DNA of 63,973 bases, counting the filler, from Lenisia limosa (Eukaryota; Protista; Breviatea): the NCBI GenBank assembly GCA_001655205.1. It is 12 parts of 12 records of this genome, joined end to end, with 100 filler letters (N's around TTAATTAATTAA, not from the genome) between each part and the next. Parts side by side here need not be neighbours in the genome. Positions count along the whole stretch, not along the records: positions 57,932 to 63,973 come from LPNZ01006573.1; 11 more parts are not named here. One strand, given 5' to 3'. The notes below the pieces were generated by a model. It ran no database searches. It saw only the letters and a list, made by a program, of their open reading frames with translations, and had not been told where the DNA came from. The position numbers and the translations under genes were made by a program. Numbering within the stretch: the first letter of the stretch is position 1; every line of letters begins with the position of its first letter. Below, one piece after another: positions 62,101 to 63,973 of the stretch.

Positions 62101-63695
62101 CATTTTTCTAATTATAAAATAAAATATTGGCAACTTCTGTTAATGTGGCTCCTCGCCTGCAACTTTGAAACAGGAGTGATAAGCCATCGTTTTCTTTTTT
62201 TAAAAGTTGGATAAATGGTCCTACCACTTGTGGGAGATCAAATGTAATATCATATATTATACATTGACCATAGCAAAAAAAGGGCTGAAAAATACATAAT
62301 ATGTAGGTAAACCGTTAACCAAGAGGATCTTATGAATACAGGAATACTTCACTTTAATCCAATATCGCTTATAAGCGTGATGAACGGCTTCGGCTAGATA
62401 CAACCTTGTTTTATTTCTCATCTTTTTACTACACAGGAATCTCGAAGGTAGGCGTTTCGCGGCGTACCAATGCTCCCCCTTCCCTGCACACCAGCTTGCC
62501 AAAACAAAACACATTGGGCCTCCCTGTATCAGGTTTGCTAAATCACATGATCTGAGTGTTTGTTAAGTGGAAAGTATCTGACTGTGCTGGGTGAAACGAA
62601 ACAACGTTAAAATGCCTTAGCTAGTCCCTTGTGAAGTAGATTTAGCTCCAGAGCAAAATTTATGAGAGATCTTAGCAACACAAGTGACTCCTTGACTATG
62701 GGGGAGACTACTGGCTATGATACCTGACCAGGGCACATGCCATTCTTGTTACATAGTTGATTTTGAGCTTTGTTTTTTGTTCCATAAAGGTTCCAATTCA
62801 CCCCTCCCCCCCCCCCNNNNNNNNNNNNNNNNNNNNNNNNNNNNNNNNNNNNNNNNNNNNNNNNNNNNNNNNNNNNNNNNNNNNNNNNNNNNNNNNNNNN
62901 NNNNNNNNNNNNNNNNNNNNNNNNNNNNNAGATTTCATGACTGCCACAATGGGACCGGAGGGAGTAAAAGTTGGGAGAAGGGGGGGACAGATTGAGCGTA
63001 ATGTGTAAGAGCTTAATAATGATATTTTTGTACGAAGAATAAGAGAGAATATGGACAGATAATCGCCAAGATACAATACAAGAGAAGAATAAGAGAGGCA
63101 ATACCGACAGCAAATCACAAAGTTTACAATACAAGAGAAGAATATCGGTCTAACAGGTAACGGATTTTGACTATTCCCTCCTTTAATATATCGTACAGTA
63201 TTCAACTTTTATTGCCCATTAACTTACTAACGCGCCGGTTTTGAGGTCGACTTACCAGACATTTTTCTCACATTTCAGATGGACGTTACAGAGCCTGAGC
63301 GAAACGAGGTGGAAATGAAAGCATGGCGTCAGTACGCTCCAGGCATGAAACCGCCCGTCACCAAATCCCTTCCGGTTGCTTCTGATTTAGGTGGGTTGCT
63401 AATTATTATTGTAAACAACACATACACTATCAAGCATATTACTAGTTTTAGCGTCGGTTGCTCGTGTTTGTCATTCTTGTTTTTTTTTGTTTTTTTGTTT
63501 GGAGTTTCAGATTATTAGGTTGGTGATTAGGACCTTTACGCCAATATACTTCATCAAAATGTCCTTCGTTTCACTCACCCCCCCCCCAGACGCCTCGAAA
63601 GTCCAAGATCTACCCGACCTTCTTGATAGTCGCCAATCGGAGAAAATGTCTTTTGCCCTCGACTATATGCTCATTGCTACTGCTTCTCCCTCGGG
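59180..63695 (+). CDS. Multi-exon Ser/Pro-rich low-complexity protein, partial
   Basis: Plus-strand exons RSPPSLNRPSPAQLNRPSPSSLNRP, SPSSTSSVFDKLDFLNSFKAPSA|gtatt, GSVSQGSPPKRKGSAPP and DVTEPERNEVEMKAWRQYAPG. This may be more than one gene. Confidence 0.45.
63498..63589 (+). repeat. Intron-end repeat family B (ttggagtttcagattatt.ggttggtgat…ttcttcatcgaaatttccttc…cccc-ag)
   Basis: Copies at 5110-5187, 5590-5669 and 63498-63589 (ending in an acceptor AG), plus an inverted copy directly after a donor at 14569-14640. Confidence 0.8.
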
Positions 63696-63973
63696 TAGGG
63701 GGTTGAAGTGCCTTCAACTTCTGGGTTTAATTGGGTAAGGTAGATGCACTCGGTAATAGTTGAAGTGGGTAAAAAGTAATTTTGGGAATTATGAAAGGAA
63801 CTGTGGGTTGGTAAAATGTTTCCGTTGGTAAATGCAGTTTTGTTGGGATAGGGGAAGGAAAAATTTAATTCTTTGACTTCTGAAGTAACTGAACTTTTGT
63901 TTAGGACTGGAAGAATCTATTGAATATTTTTAAACCTATTAGTATGATACGAATCATATGCTCATTGCTCCAG

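Noticed and set aside
1-63973. rRNA, tRNA, prokaryotic operons or defence systems
   Set aside because: No recognisable signatures by eye; all identifiable genes are intron-containing eukaryotic genes.

Overview
Draft genome of an AT-rich, very intron-dense eukaryote; the taxon cannot be determined from this window. The window is 12 separate scaffolds joined by an artificial N-TTAATTAATTAA-N spacer (11 copies), so adjacency across spacers means nothing. Genes were reconstructed by hand from GT-AG exons: DDB1, a P4-type flippase, TOR N-terminal HEAT region, a RING-CH/MARCH ligase, a probable RPC4, an epsin/ENTH adaptor, a CPR-like diflavin reductase fragment, two convergent GT16/MGAT2-like glycosyltransferases, a DOMON-cytochrome b561-b5 reductase-cytochrome b5 fusion, several hypothetical genes and a decayed DIRS-order retroelement. 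Most unusual: (1) dispersed repeat families at intron ends, reading ...CCCC-AG at acceptors and, inverted, GT-GGGG at donors, including one intron bounded by inverted repeats and a 63-nt intron made almost wholly of the repeat (introner-like); (2) an array of phase-0 33-nt micro-exons, each encoding one 11-residue repeat in a glycosyltransferase stem; (3) tandemly duplicated splice junctions; (4) dense TA-flanked hairpin MITE families. No database search or alignment program was run. Exon boundaries and family calls come from manual translation and recalled family motifs, and many coordinates are approximate.
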